A stretch of 56,223 nucleotides of DNA from a bacterium (GTDB lineage Bacteria; Patescibacteriota; Minisyncoccia; UBA6257; 2-01-FULL-56-20). The notes under the pieces were generated by a model. The model worked only from the letters and a program-made list of their open reading frames with translations. It was not told the origin of the DNA and searched no databases. Numbering within the stretch: the first letter of the stretch is position 1; every line of letters starts with the position of its first letter. Position numbers and translations under genes: made by a program. The DNA is taken from assembly GCA_021827685.1 (NCBI GenBank), contig JAKAUM010000003.1:1-56223 (forward strand), read 5' to 3'. Shown here in pieces: positions 36,308 to 46,916 of this stretch.

Positions 36308-36311
36308 CGGC

Positions 36312-36343
36312 GGGGCCGCGGCAGAAGCCGCGGCCCCTTTTTT
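36312..36343 (+). terminator. Intrinsic terminator
   Basis: GGGGCCGCGGC-AGAA-GCCGCGGCCCC followed by TTTTTT. Confidence 0.85.
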
Positions 36344-36360
36344 ATATTAGAATGGATCAT

Positions 36361-37479
36361 ATGGCGCCCGGTCACGGGAAAAAAAATTGGTCGCGGCGGT
36401 TCCGGACGGAGATGGTCATGGCGGCGTCAATCGTGGCGCTCGCGGCTTTGGCGACTTTCATCGCGAACCGTGTTTCCGGCGCGGGGACGGCGGAAGTGTG
36501 GCTCGTCTTTTATGCCGACGCGCTTCTCGGCGGATCACCGGCGGGATTCGCGTTCGGCATCGCGGCCGCCCTTTATTTTGTCGCCGCGGCATATTTCTTT
36601 TGGAAATTCGCGGGGCATCTGATATCCGTGGCCGCACCGCGCTTGCGGAAACCCTCTGAGCGCGACCATCCGCTCGCCATCCTGCGCACGGGCCTGCGCA
36701 ATCTTCCGCGCGTTCTCCTTATCATCCCTGCCGTCTGGCTTGTCGCGATTGCCGGTATTGCCATGGGCGAGGTGAACGGCATTGCCCGCGCGCGCCTCGC
36801 GGATGCGTGGCTCATCGGCGCGGAGCGCGCCATATTCGGGAATTACGTATTCGCCTTGCTCGGCGCCGTCCATTATCCGCATTGGCTCGCCGCGTTTATC
36901 ATCTGGTCGTTCTATAACCTGAGCATCGTCCTCCTCGCCGTCGGGATCGTGATCGCGTACGCAAGCCGCCGCCGTTTCCGGGAATTCCTCATCGCGTTCT
37001 GCCTCGGGATCATGATCATGCTGCCGATTTGGTTCCTTCTCCCGGCGCTCTCGCCGCAGGACCGCTATATCGACAACGTGTACCACTTGCCCATGCCTCC
37101 CGCGGTCGCGGCGGCGGTGGCGGAATACCGGCCGCAGCCGGAGATTGCCTCATTCCTAAAGTCGGTGCGGGCAGGAAAGGCGCAACTGCCTTCCATGCCG
37201 ACTTCGACTTTCCCTTCGGCGCATATCTTTTGGGCGGCCATCGCCGCGTGGTATCTCTTCCGGTCGCGGAAATGGCTCGGATGGATAGGCCTCCCGTTCC
37301 TCGCCGCGGCTTCTTTCGGCACCGTGCTCCTTGCCCAGCATTATTTTCTCGACGTGCCCGCGGGCCTCGCAGTCGCGGCGGTTTCTATCTGGCTTGCGCG
37401 CGACACGGAAGCGGAGATAGAAGAGGAGACGGAAAAGGGGGCGTCGCCCGCGGCCCCCGCGTCGCCCGCGGCGGCATAG
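36361..37479 (+). CDS. PAP2-superfamily membrane protein (PAP2_3, AUR1/IPT1-like)
   Basis: Multi-TM; PALSP, FPSAH, HYFLD motifs. Confidence 0.85.
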   Translation: MAPGHGKKNWSRRFRTEMVMAASIVALAALATFIANRVSGAGTAEVWLVFYADALLGGSPAGFAFGIAAALYFVAAAYFFWKFAGHLISVAAPRLRKPSERDHPLAILRTGLRNLPRVLLIIPAVWLVAIAGIAMGEVNGIARARLADAWLIGAERAIFGNYVFALLGAVHYPHWLAAFIIWSFYNLSIVLLAVGIVIAYASRRRFREFLIAFCLGIMIMLPIWFLLPALSPQDRYIDNVYHLPMPPAVAAAVAEYRPQPEIASFLKSVRAGKAQLPSMPTSTFPSAHIFWAAIAAWYLFRSRKWLGWIGLPFLAAASFGTVLLAQHYFLDVPAGLAVAAVSIWLARDTEAEIEEETEKGASPAAPASPAAA

Positions 37480-37485
37480 CCCGCG

Positions 37486-38430
37486 CTATTTTTCTCCGCG
37501 GCGCCGTTTCCCGTGGAAGGCCTCGTGCACTTCGCGGAGCGCCTTGTTCGTGAGGTGGGTATAGATTTGCGTGGTCGCAATATTGGAATGTCCGAGGAGC
37601 TCCTGGACGGAACGCAGGTCGGCGCCGTTCATGAGGAGATCGGTGGCGAATGAGTGGCGGAGTTCGTGGGGGTGGATGCGCCGCGCAATGCCCGCTTCCC
37701 TGGCGCGGGCGGCGATTAACCGCTCCACCGCGCGGGGCGTAATGCGGCCGATCGGCTTGCCGTCGCGCGTCAAGCTGATAAAAAGCGCCGCATCCGCGTC
37801 GCTGCGCCTCGCAAGATATGCGTGGATTGCCGCGCGCGCGCGGTCGGAGAAAAAGACGATGCGGAGCTTTCCGCCCTTTCCTCGCACCGAGACCTCTCCG
37901 CGCTTAAGGTCGAGATACCGATCCAGTGCGCAGAGTTCCGCGAGCCGGAGCCCCGTGGAAAAAAATGTTTCGAGCACCGCCCGGTCGCGGAGCGCGCGCA
38001 ATCCGCCGCCCTTGGGCGCCGCCATCAGGCGTTCTAGGTCGGCGTAGTCAAGGATTTCAATCTGCCGCGAGGGCATTTTGGGGAGTTCAAGCTTGTCTGC
38101 CGCGAGGGTCGCGACGTCGCGTTTTGCCAGATAGCGGAGGAAATTGCGGAGGGCGATGGCATAGTACCCCTGGGTGTTTTTTTTAATGATGCCTTCCGGC
38201 CCGACCGCGCCGCGCGATATGCCGGCGCCCTTCGCCCGCCGCGCGAGCGCAATCCGGAAATCCCTCGCGACGGCGTCCGTAATGCCGGCCGCCGTCCGCA
38301 CGCGGGAGAACCGGAGGAACTCGCGGAGATAGCGCTCGTAATTCGCGCGCGTCCTCGGTGACCGCCCTTGTTCTATCTCCAGATGGTCGAGATATTCGCG
38401 GAGGAACCGTTCGATTTCGGTTTCGGGCAT
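37486..38430 (-). CDS. xerC: Tyrosine recombinase, XerC/XerD type
   Basis: TGLRLAEL, GKGGKLR, HELRHSFAT, LLGH, TTQIYTH. Confidence 0.9.
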   Translation of the reverse strand: MPETEIERFLREYLDHLEIEQGRSPRTRANYERYLREFLRFSRVRTAAGITDAVARDFRIALARRAKGAGISRGAVGPEGIIKKNTQGYYAIALRNFLRYLAKRDVATLAADKLELPKMPSRQIEILDYADLERLMAAPKGGGLRALRDRAVLETFFSTGLRLAELCALDRYLDLKRGEVSVRGKGGKLRIVFFSDRARAAIHAYLARRSDADAALFISLTRDGKPIGRITPRAVERLIAARAREAGIARRIHPHELRHSFATDLLMNGADLRSVQELLGHSNIATTQIYTHLTNKALREVHEAFHGKRRRGEK

Positions 38431-38529
38431 GGCATGCATATTTTAAAATATCTGTCGCAAAACAGCGAGGCGCCCCGCCCGCCGCCGTTTTTCCTTGCAA
38501 AAATGCGGCGGAGGGTTTATAATCCTTTC

Positions 38530-38796
38530 ATGCTTACGAAACGGGTAAAGGCCCGCGTCATCGGCGAGCATCAGACGCATGAAAAAGACACCGGCTCCGC
38601 GAATGTACAGGTCGCGGTGCTTTCGCGCAGTATCGAGGAGCTCGCACTGCACCTGAAAAAGAATCCGAAAGACAATCACTCCCGCCGCGGCCTCCTGAAA
38701 ATGGTCTCCAAGCGCCGGAAGCTGATGTCGTACCTGAAGAAGCACGAGCCTTCCCAATACGAAAAGCTCGCGAAGAAGCTGGAGCTCAAACGGTAA
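38530..38796 (+). CDS. rpsO: 30S ribosomal protein S15
   Basis: DTGSANVQVA, HLKKNPKDNHSRRGLLKMVSKRRKL. Confidence 0.97.
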   Translation: MLTKRVKARVIGEHQTHEKDTGSANVQVAVLSRSIEELALHLKKNPKDNHSRRGLLKMVSKRRKLMSYLKKHEPSQYEKLAKKLELKR

Positions 38797-39404
38797 TGAA
38801 GACTGCGCCGAAATATGCCGCGAACCAGCGGGTCGGTATTTTTGTGGATGTGCAGAACCTGTACCACTCCGCGAAGAATCTCTATCGCGGCCGCGTGAAC
38901 TACGCGGCGCTTCTCTCCCACCTTGCGGGCGAGCGCCAGCTCGTACGCGCGCTTGCGTACGTCGTGAAGAGCGAAGGCGTGGAGCCGCAGGGCGCCGCGC
39001 GCGGGGCGGAGCGGGGCGTTGCGCCGCGGCCGCGCGGCGCGGCCGCGGACGATGCGGCCGGCGGCCTCTCGTCGGAAGCGGCATTTTTCGAGGCGCTCGA
39101 GAAGGCGGGGCTGGAACTCCGCATGAAGGATCTCCAAATCTACGCCGGCGGCATGAAAAAAGCCGACTGGGACGTCGGCATGGCCGTGGACGCGATCAGG
39201 ATGTCCTCCTTTCTCGACGTGGTCGTGCTCGTGACGGGCGACGGCGATTTTCTCCCGCTCGTCGATTATTTAAAATGGGGCGCCGGACGGCTCGTCGAAG
39301 TCGCCGCGTTCCGCCGGAGCGCGTCGTCGAAAATCCAGGAGGCCGCCGACCGGTTCATCAATATAGAAGAAATCCCGCGGGCGATCATGCGGTCGCGCGC
39401 GTAG
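38796..39404 (+). CDS. NYN domain (LabA/DUF88, PIN-like) protein
   Basis: FVDVQNL, KKADWDVGMAVD, TGDGDFLPL, ADRF. Confidence 0.92.
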   Translation: MKTAPKYAANQRVGIFVDVQNLYHSAKNLYRGRVNYAALLSHLAGERQLVRALAYVVKSEGVEPQGAARGAERGVAPRPRGAAADDAAGGLSSEAAFFEALEKAGLELRMKDLQIYAGGMKKADWDVGMAVDAIRMSSFLDVVVLVTGDGDFLPLVDYLKWGAGRLVEVAAFRRSASSKIQEAADRFINIEEIPRAIMRSRA

Positions 39405-39435
39405 CGCGCCGCCGATCGGGGGAATTTATAAACAC

Positions 39436-41562
39436 ATGCTCAAGAAAAAAGAATATTCAATAGATGTCGCGGGGAAGAAGCTCACGATCGAGGTTTCCCC
39501 GCTTGCGGAACAGGCGAACGCGGCGGTGCTTGTGAAGTACGGCGAAACCATCGTGCTCGCAACGGCGGTCATGGGGCACAAGGACGCCTTCATGGACTAT
39601 ATGCCGCTCAAGGTGGACTACGAAGAGAAGTTTTATGCCGCGGGGAAGATCATCGGCAGCCGGTTCATCCGGCGCGAGGGCCGCGCTTCGGAAGAGGCGA
39701 TCCTCGCCGGCCGGCTTGTCGACCGTACGATCCGGCCTCTTTTCGACCACCGCATCAGGCGCGAGATACAGGTAGTCGTGACGGTTTTGCAGATTGACGA
39801 AGAGAACGATCCTGAATTCGTGGGGCTTATCGGGGCTTCCGCCGCGCTTCTCATCTCGGACATCCCGTGGGGCGGCCCGGTGGCGGGCGTCCGCGTGGCG
39901 CAAGTGGGCGGGGAGTTCAAGATCAACCCCGACAATTCGTTCATCGCGGCGAATCCGCCCGCGTACGACGCGTTTTTTTCCGGATCGCGCGACCGCGCGA
40001 ATATGATCGAGCTCGGTGGTCTTGATGCGGCCGAGGACGACATTATAAAGGGATTTACCCTTGCGCAGAACGAGGTGAACCGGCTCGTGGAGTTCCAGGA
40101 GAAGATCCGCGAAGAGATAGGGAAGGAGAAGGCGGAAGTGCCGGTGTCCGAGCCTGATGAGGAATTGAAATCTGCGGTTGCGGGCTTCCTCGCGGACAAG
40201 CTGGAGGGCGCGGCGTTCCGCCGGGACAAAATGGAACAGCAGAAAGCGTTAAGCGGCCTGAGGGACCAGCTCGCCGCGCACCTGCGGGAAAAATTCGAAG
40301 CGGCGGCAAGCGGCGCCGGCGCGCGCGGCCCGGTGAACCCGGGCGCCGTGGAATTCCTTTTCGAAGAGGCGATGAACGATCTCGTGCATAAGAAAGCGAT
40401 CGAGGAAGAGGCGCGCCCCGACGGGCGGAAACTTGACGAATTGCGGCCGCTCGACGGCGAGGTCGCAAAATTCTCGCGGACACACGGATCGGCGCTCTTC
40501 GTGCGCGGCAATACGCAGGCCCTTGCGATTACGACGCTCGCGCCGCCGGGCGCCGAGCAGATGATCGAGACGATGGAAACGACCGGCAAGCGCCGCTTCA
40601 TGCTCCATTACAACTTCCCGCCGTTTTCGGTGGGCGAGACGGGAACGTTCCGCGGCCCGGGCCGCCGCGAAATCGGCCACGGCAATCTCGCGCGTAAATC
40701 GCTCGAGCGCCTCATCCCGCCGAAAGAAGAGTTCCCGTACACGATCCGCGTCGTGTCGGAAATCATGTCATCCAACGGGTCGTCTTCCATGGCGACGGTT
40801 TGCGCGTCGGCGCTCTCGCTCATGGACGCGGGCGTGCCATTGAAAAAACCGGCGGCGGGCATCGCGATGGGGCTTATGATGAAAGACGTAAATACCTATA
40901 AAGTACTGACCGACATCCAGGGCCCGGAAGACCACCACGGCGACATGGATATGAAAGTGGCCGGGACGCGCGAGGGCGTGACCGGCGTGCAGATGGACAT
41001 CAAAGTCGGCGGCATTACGCTTGAAATAATCGGGAAAACGCTTGCGCAGGCGAAAAAAGCGCGCCTTGAAATATTGGATTTCATGGGCGGCTTGCTCGCC
41101 GCGCCGCGCGCGGAGCTTTCGCGCTTTGTGCCGGCCATCCGCCGCCTTTCGATATCCAAGGAAAAAATCGGCGCGGTCATCGGCCCTGGCGGGAAAATAA
41201 TCAACGGATTGATCGACAAGTACGGCCTTGCGGGCATCGATATCGAAGAGGACGGGAATGTCTTCGTTTCGGGCACCGACCTTGCGAAAGTGGAGGCCGC
41301 CGTTGCGGACATCCGCGCGATCACGCGGGAATTCAAGGCGGGCGAGGTCATCGAGGGGACGGTCGTGAAGATTATCGAAGTCGGCGCGATCGTGGATCTC
41401 GGCGGCGGCCGCGACGGCATGATCCATATCTCCGAACTGAAGGAAGGGTACGTGAAGAAAGTCGAGGACGTGCTGAAGGTGGGCGACTTCGTCCGCGCGA
41501 AAATCATCCGCGTCGGCGACGACGGGAGGATCGGGCTATCCGTAAAACAGCTGGGGGAATAG
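39436..41562 (+). CDS. pnp: Polyribonucleotide nucleotidyltransferase
   Basis: RREGR, DRTIRPLF, HYNFPPFSVGE, RREIGHG, SNGSSSMA, GDMDMK, KH and S1 domains. Confidence 0.98.
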   Translation: MLKKKEYSIDVAGKKLTIEVSPLAEQANAAVLVKYGETIVLATAVMGHKDAFMDYMPLKVDYEEKFYAAGKIIGSRFIRREGRASEEAILAGRLVDRTIRPLFDHRIRREIQVVVTVLQIDEENDPEFVGLIGASAALLISDIPWGGPVAGVRVAQVGGEFKINPDNSFIAANPPAYDAFFSGSRDRANMIELGGLDAAEDDIIKGFTLAQNEVNRLVEFQEKIREEIGKEKAEVPVSEPDEELKSAVAGFLADKLEGAAFRRDKMEQQKALSGLRDQLAAHLREKFEAAASGAGARGPVNPGAVEFLFEEAMNDLVHKKAIEEEARPDGRKLDELRPLDGEVAKFSRTHGSALFVRGNTQALAITTLAPPGAEQMIETMETTGKRRFMLHYNFPPFSVGETGTFRGPGRREIGHGNLARKSLERLIPPKEEFPYTIRVVSEIMSSNGSSSMATVCASALSLMDAGVPLKKPAAGIAMGLMMKDVNTYKVLTDIQGPEDHHGDMDMKVAGTREGVTGVQMDIKVGGITLEIIGKTLAQAKKARLEILDFMGGLLAAPRAELSRFVPAIRRLSISKEKIGAVIGPGGKIINGLIDKYGLAGIDIEEDGNVFVSGTDLAKVEAAVADIRAITREFKAGEVIEGTVVKIIEVGAIVDLGGGRDGMIHISELKEGYVKKVEDVLKVGDFVRAKIIRVGDDGRIGLSVKQLGE

Positions 41563-41641
41563 GCGCGGCGCGCGGCATCTTCCGGGCGGGGGGACATTCC
41601 TCGCGCCCGCTCCGCGCGCGTTTCATGATAGAATGTCCGTA

Positions 41642-42646
41642 ATGGGCAACGACGAATCTTTGGTTTCCGCGCCGCCTCCGCCGCCCGAGGTGAAAGTGCG
41701 CACCATGAAGTCGGATCTCGCCGCAATGACGGCGAGCGGCGGCGGACTGCCGCAGTTTTCAAAGGTGAAAGTGGAGGGGTGGGCGCCGGCGGCGGCCGCG
41801 GCGCCGCGCGGGCGGCGGAGCCTGACGCTCGCGCTTATCATCGCGGCGGCCGCGGCGGCCGCCGCGATAGTCGGATATTTCATCTACGCCTCATTTTTCC
41901 GCGGCGCTCCCGCGCCCGCCGCGCCGGCGTCCCAATCGGGAAATGGGCCAGCCGCCGCGGCGCCCGCCGCGCCGCCGGCCTCCTCGAGCTCTTCCTCCGC
42001 CTCTTCGTCGGCCCCTCAGGCCGAAGCGCCCGTCTCCCCCGCGGGCCCCTTCAAGCACATTTCGCTTTTTACGAGGTCTACGGATGAATCCTTGCCGCTC
42101 ACGCTTTCCGTGGGAGGAGCCGCTTCGACCGCTGCCGACCTTCTCACTTTCAATCAACAGCTCGAAGCGGCGCTCGCCGATGCGAAACAAGGGGCTTCGT
42201 TCATTGAAATCGACGCCGAAGACGCGAACGGCAACGGGATACCCTTCTACGAGATGCTCGCGCAGGAGAATGCGGCGGTTTTCGATCCGTCGTTCCTCGC
42301 CGCGCATTTCAGCCCGGATGCGACGTTTTTCGTATATCGCGACGCAAACGGCGTATGGCCGGGCTATGTGGCCGCGCTTCTGCCCGGAGCAAGCTCGTCT
42401 TCGGCGTCGGCCGGCGTCGGCGCGATGGAGGTGTCTCCGGAGATCGCTAACTTTTTCCTGACCGATGTCGGCGCGCCCGCGGCCGGCGGTTTCACGGACA
42501 GCACCGTGAGCGGAACCGCCGTCCGTGTTCTTGCATACCCGGGTGCGAACCCTCCTGCGGCGTTCGTCTATGGATGGTTCGGAAATGACCTGATTTTGAG
42601 CGCTTCGCGCGGCGGCTTCGCCGCCGCGCTCGCGCATCTGCATTAG
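41642..42646 (+). CDS. Single-TM hypothetical protein
   Basis: VRTMKSDL N-terminal motif, TM helix, Ala/Ser/Pro linker, globular C-terminal domain. Confidence 0.7.
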   Translation: MGNDESLVSAPPPPPEVKVRTMKSDLAAMTASGGGLPQFSKVKVEGWAPAAAAAPRGRRSLTLALIIAAAAAAAAIVGYFIYASFFRGAPAPAAPASQSGNGPAAAAPAAPPASSSSSSASSSAPQAEAPVSPAGPFKHISLFTRSTDESLPLTLSVGGAASTAADLLTFNQQLEAALADAKQGASFIEIDAEDANGNGIPFYEMLAQENAAVFDPSFLAAHFSPDATFFVYRDANGVWPGYVAALLPGASSSSASAGVGAMEVSPEIANFFLTDVGAPAAGGFTDSTVSGTAVRVLAYPGANPPAAFVYGWFGNDLILSASRGGFAAALAHLH

Positions 42647-42686
42647 GGCCGCGCTTGCGCGCGGCCGCCGGCGTGCGCGAGCGGCT

Positions 42687-43796
42687 CTACGCCGCTTTCG
42701 CGTCCGCGCTTTTCATCGCCTCCACGGTCGCCTTTTTTATTTCGCCGAGGAGTTTACGGTCTTCTTTGAGCTTGAGCCGCGCATTGTCGAAGCCGGCGCC
42801 GATCCGGTCGCCGTTGAAAACGAAGCTCGCGCCGGATTTTTTGACCGCGCCGCGCGCGACCGCCGCGTTCAGGACGTCGCTTTCGTAGGAAATTCCCTCG
42901 CCGAACATTATGTCGAATTCCGCGAGGCGGAACGGCGCCGCCACCTTGTTCTTTACGACCTTCGCCTTCACGCGGTTGCCGATCACCGCGTCGCCTTTTT
43001 TCACTTGCGCGATGCGGCGGATATCGATGCGCACGGATGCCGCGAACTTCAAGGCGAGGCCGCCCGGCGTCGTTTCGGGATTGCCGAACATGATGCCGAT
43101 TTTCATCCTGAGCTGGTTTATGAAAATAATCATCGTCCGGCTTTTCGCGGCGAGGGCCACGAGTTTCCGCAGGGCCTGCGCCATCATGCGCGCCTGGCGT
43201 CCCACGTGCTGGTCTCCCATTTCTCCTTCAAGTTCGGCCCGCGGCGTGAGCGCCGCCACCGAATCCACCACGACGACGGAGACCATGCCGGACCGCACCA
43301 AGCTGTCCAGAATATTCAACGCCTCCTCGCCGTTGTCCGGCTGGGAGATCAGAAGATCGTTCACCCGCACGCCGAGGCGCGCCGCGTATTCGGGGTCCAT
43401 CGCGTGCTCCGCATCGATGAACGCGCACTGGCCGCCCTGTTTCTGGGCCTGCGCTACGACATTCAGCGCGAGTGTCGTCTTCCCGCTGCCTTCGGGGCCG
43501 TATATTTCAACGATTCTTCCGCGCGGCAGGCCGCCCACGCCGAGCGCAAGGTCAAGAGAGAACGAACCCGTGGGGACGACCGCGACATCCGCATGCCGCA
43601 CGTCGCCGAGCTTCATAATCGCGCCTTCGCCGTATTTTTCCTGAAGCGACGCGAGGAGCGTATCCAAAGATTTCGATTCTTTCGCTTCGCTTTCCGCTCC
43701 CGCGGCCGGACTGTTCTTCGCCGCCGGCTCGATCTTCGCGGGCGCCTTGTCTCCCGCCTTGAGCCCCGCCCCGCTTTTTTTAGTGGATAATGGCAT
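42687..43796 (-). CDS. recA: Recombinase A
   Basis: [44 protein letters not shown]. Confidence 0.98.
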   Translation of the reverse strand: MPLSTKKSGAGLKAGDKAPAKIEPAAKNSPAAGAESEAKESKSLDTLLASLQEKYGEGAIMKLGDVRHADVAVVPTGSFSLDLALGVGGLPRGRIVEIYGPEGSGKTTLALNVVAQAQKQGGQCAFIDAEHAMDPEYAARLGVRVNDLLISQPDNGEEALNILDSLVRSGMVSVVVVDSVAALTPRAELEGEMGDQHVGRQARMMAQALRKLVALAAKSRTMIIFINQLRMKIGIMFGNPETTPGGLALKFAASVRIDIRRIAQVKKGDAVIGNRVKAKVVKNKVAAPFRLAEFDIMFGEGISYESDVLNAAVARGAVKKSGASFVFNGDRIGAGFDNARLKLKEDRKLLGEIKKATVEAMKSADAKAA

Positions 43797-43865
43797 AGGC
43801 CAATTATACCAGATGTCGGTTAAATCCGTATTAAAGGAAGAGGCGGTGCGGCGGCCGCGCCGCCG

Positions 43866-44648
43866 TTATCCATGCGTCGGCGCACCCGGCGTGCTCGTGG
43901 CCGTCGAAGATGCCGGCGCGCTGTAGATTACCTGCTCCGTCGCGTTCGCCTCGCCGCCGAGGAATTTTTTCGCGGTTATCATAAAGGTGTTAAGGCCGTT
44001 TTGAAGGAGGACGGTTTTTTCCCATGTCCCGTCGGGAGCGATCGGGATCTGCTCGCTTGAAGCCGTGAAGTCGGTTCCGCTGCCTGCCGCGCCGCTGCTC
44101 GCCGAGCCGCCAACCCCGCCGTTGCCGATCGCATTGCTTCCGGCGCCGATTCCGTTCGAAAGGTAAAGCGTATCCGCATTGCGGACGGTTCCCCGAAGCA
44201 CGATGATCGTGGAGGTTGTTTCAAAGGGGCTCGAAACGGGATAGGAAACGGCGAGGAACGGGCGGCCGAGGACGCGCGGGAGCGCGAATGCGAGATAGGC
44301 GGCCGCGACCGCGGCGACTGCCGCGGCCGGCCATACCCATTTGGGAAGAGGCTGTCCGAGGAAGCGGTTTTTGGGGAGCGCATCCAATGGGCCGGAGCGC
44401 CGCACTTCCGCATTGCCGCGGAGTTTCTGCCACCATGCCTCTCCGTCGAAGCCGAGCGTCTGGCCGATGCGCATAAGGTATCCGCGCGCGTAGGGTGCCG
44501 AAGGGAGCTCCTCGAAATCGCCGCGGAGCATCGTTTCGATATAGGGAAGGGCGACGCCGGTGGCATCGGACAGCTTCTTCGCCGAAAAACCCCTTTCCTT
44601 CATCTGGCCGGCCAGGAATTCCCCGAATGCGAGTTCTTCGTTGCTCAT
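43866..44648 (-). CDS. RodZ-like HTH membrane protein with C-terminal Ig-like domain
   Basis: LPSAPYARGYL HTH motif, TM helix, LQNGLNTF beta domain; immediately downstream of ftsK. Confidence 0.75.
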   Translation of the reverse strand: MSNEELAFGEFLAGQMKERGFSAKKLSDATGVALPYIETMLRGDFEELPSAPYARGYLMRIGQTLGFDGEAWWQKLRGNAEVRRSGPLDALPKNRFLGQPLPKWVWPAAAVAAVAAAYLAFALPRVLGRPFLAVSYPVSSPFETTSTIIVLRGTVRNADTLYLSNGIGAGSNAIGNGGVGGSASSGAAGSGTDFTASSEQIPIAPDGTWEKTVLLQNGLNTFMITAKKFLGGEANATEQVIYSAPASSTATSTPGAPTHG

Positions 44649-44649
44649 T

Positions 44650-46872
44650 TTACGAAAGATGAGATTCTATTTTTTCGAGATAGACGTCGCGCGGCTTCGC
44701 GCCTTCGCCGGGGCCGATAAGCTCCGCGCCTTCCATAAGGTCGAGGAGCCGCGCCGCGCGGGCGTAGCCGACTTTCAGCCGCCGCTGGAGAAGCGACGCC
44801 GATGCTTTTTTCGCTTCGGCGACGATTGCGAGCGCCTCGTCGAACAGTTCGTCGGAGTCCTCGTCTTCAAGATATTCGTCGAAATTTCCGGGCGCCGGGG
44901 CGCCGCCCGCGGCCGTTGCGAACATGTCCGGCGCGCCGCCGGGCGCGATTCCTTCGGCGCCGTCTCCCGCCGGCGCGCCGGAACTCCCCGATGCCGGCGG
45001 CTCCGGCTTATTATGGGCCCGGATGAAATCGGCGACATTCCTTATTTCCTCCTCCGTGACGAACGCGCCCTGGATGCGCTTCGGTTTGGAAAGTTCGGCG
45101 GACAGGAAAAGGAGGTCGCCGTGGCCGAGGAGCTTCTCCGCGCCCGCGGCGTCGAGGATCGTGCGCGAATCTATCTGCGAGGCGACCTGCAGGGCGACGC
45201 GCGCCGTGATGTTCGCCTTGATGAGCCCCGTGATCACCTCCACGGACGGCCGCTGGGTCGCAAGGAGGAGGTGGATGCCCGTCGCGCGCGCCATCTGCGC
45301 GAGGCGCACAATGGAGCCCTCGACGTCGCGCCCGAATGAAGTCATGAGATCCGCCATCTCGTCGACCACGATAAGGAGATAAGGGAGAGCTTCGTCCTTA
45401 TGGCCCGCGTTATAGCTCTTTATATCGCGGCTGCCGGCTTTCTGGAGAAGGTCATAGCGGCGGTCCATTTCCGAAATCGCCCAGCGGAAGACGCCGAGCG
45501 CTTTTTTATTTTCCGTGATCACGGGCGAGACGAGGTGCGGAATGCCGTCGTATACGGAAAGTTCGACGCGCTTCGGGTCGATCATGACGAGGCGCAGGGT
45601 CTGCGGCGAATTCTTGTACAGCAGGGAAGTGATGAGCGAATGGACGAGGATGGACTTTCCGGAGCCCGTCGCGCCCGCAACGAGCATGTGCGGCATCTTT
45701 TCTATATTCGCGAAGACCGGCTCTCCGGAGACGTCGCGGCCGACGATGAAGCCCAGCGGGCCCGACTGCTGGAATTCCGGATAATTCATCAAACTGCCAA
45801 GGCGGACGAGCGCCGCCGCCTTGTTCGGCACCTCGATGCCGACGAGGGATTTGCCCGGAATCGGTGCTTCTATCCTGATCGGATGTGCGGCAAGCGCGAG
45901 CGCAAGATCCGAGTTCAGCGCCGTGATGCGGGAGAGTTTTACGCCCTCCGCCGGTTTCAGGGTATAGCGCGTGACGGCGGGGCCGACGTTGATTTCCCCC
46001 ATGTCCACCGATATGCCGAAGCTTTCGAGCGTCCTCTTTATTACGTTCGCGTTCGCGAGGAGATCGCCCGTCGTCGGTTTGCCGATCTCCGCCTTAAGAA
46101 GCGAAAGCGGCGGAGGGACGTAGTTCGCAAAAACGGGCGCTTTTGCGGGCGCGGATGGTTTCGCGTCTTTCGGGCCGGCCGCCACGACGGCGCCCGCCGC
46201 CGCGCCTCCTTCTTTGCCCTTTGCGGCGTTCTTCCCGCCTTTTTCCGCCATCTCCTCCTCGGGCTCTTTCTCCTTCTCCGGCTGAGGATTGCCGTCCGGC
46301 GATCCCTCAGGTTCTCTTTCTTCCGTGCCATAGGGCGCAGTCTCCGCCCGCCGTTTCATGAACCGGAACCGGAGTGGCACGTTCGCGGTGACGAGGACCG
46401 CGATCGCGAGCACGAACGCATTCATGATCGCCGCGGCGATTTCTCCGAAGGGATAGCGGAGCGAGCCGAGGACCAGCCCGAGCAAGCCGCCGTGGGCGGG
46501 CGAGAATATGTCAATGAGGCCGAGGAAGGAAAGAATAAGGAGCCCGCTGCCGGCGAGCGTCGTGCCCACGAGCCGCTTTTGCGCCGAGAGGAAAAAGACG
46601 GCCGCGGCGAAGAGCAGGGTCGCAGGGAGAATGAAGTAGCCCCAGCCGAGCAGGGCGTCCAGCCCCCGATAAATAAGGGTTCCCGCGGGGCCCGCTTCGC
46701 CGAAGCCGGAAAGCGAAAGGATGACCGCGGCGGCCGTGAAGCTCAGCGCCCAGATGCTTTTTTTAGTGTCGGGATGGAGCCGTTCCTGCCCGCCCGCGGT
46801 GCGCGCCGCCGGGATCGCCGTTCCCGCCCGCCCGCCGCCGTTGCCGTTCCGCCGCCCGTTCCGTTTTGCCAT
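44650..46872 (-). CDS. ftsK: DNA translocase FtsK/SpoIIIE
   Basis: N-terminal TMs, IRIEAPIPGK, AGATGSGKS, VDEMADL, ATQRPS, gamma domain SASLLQRRLKVGYARAAR. Confidence 0.97.
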   Translation of the reverse strand: MAKRNGRRNGNGGGRAGTAIPAARTAGGQERLHPDTKKSIWALSFTAAAVILSLSGFGEAGPAGTLIYRGLDALLGWGYFILPATLLFAAAVFFLSAQKRLVGTTLAGSGLLILSFLGLIDIFSPAHGGLLGLVLGSLRYPFGEIAAAIMNAFVLAIAVLVTANVPLRFRFMKRRAETAPYGTEEREPEGSPDGNPQPEKEKEPEEEMAEKGGKNAAKGKEGGAAAGAVVAAGPKDAKPSAPAKAPVFANYVPPPLSLLKAEIGKPTTGDLLANANVIKRTLESFGISVDMGEINVGPAVTRYTLKPAEGVKLSRITALNSDLALALAAHPIRIEAPIPGKSLVGIEVPNKAAALVRLGSLMNYPEFQQSGPLGFIVGRDVSGEPVFANIEKMPHMLVAGATGSGKSILVHSLITSLLYKNSPQTLRLVMIDPKRVELSVYDGIPHLVSPVITENKKALGVFRWAISEMDRRYDLLQKAGSRDIKSYNAGHKDEALPYLLIVVDEMADLMTSFGRDVEGSIVRLAQMARATGIHLLLATQRPSVEVITGLIKANITARVALQVASQIDSRTILDAAGAEKLLGHGDLLFLSAELSKPKRIQGAFVTEEEIRNVADFIRAHNKPEPPASGSSGAPAGDGAEGIAPGGAPDMFATAAGGAPAPGNFDEYLEDEDSDELFDEALAIVAEAKKASASLLQRRLKVGYARAARLLDLMEGAELIGPGEGAKPRDVYLEKIESHLS

Positions 46873-46916
46873 CGTGCTTTCATTGTACGGCAATTTTAAT
46901 GATTGCTACAATGGAG

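Noticed and set aside
37486-38430. Phage or island integrase
   Set aside because: Length and motifs fit housekeeping XerC/D; it sits beside rpsO with core-like composition and no att repeats or phage genes.
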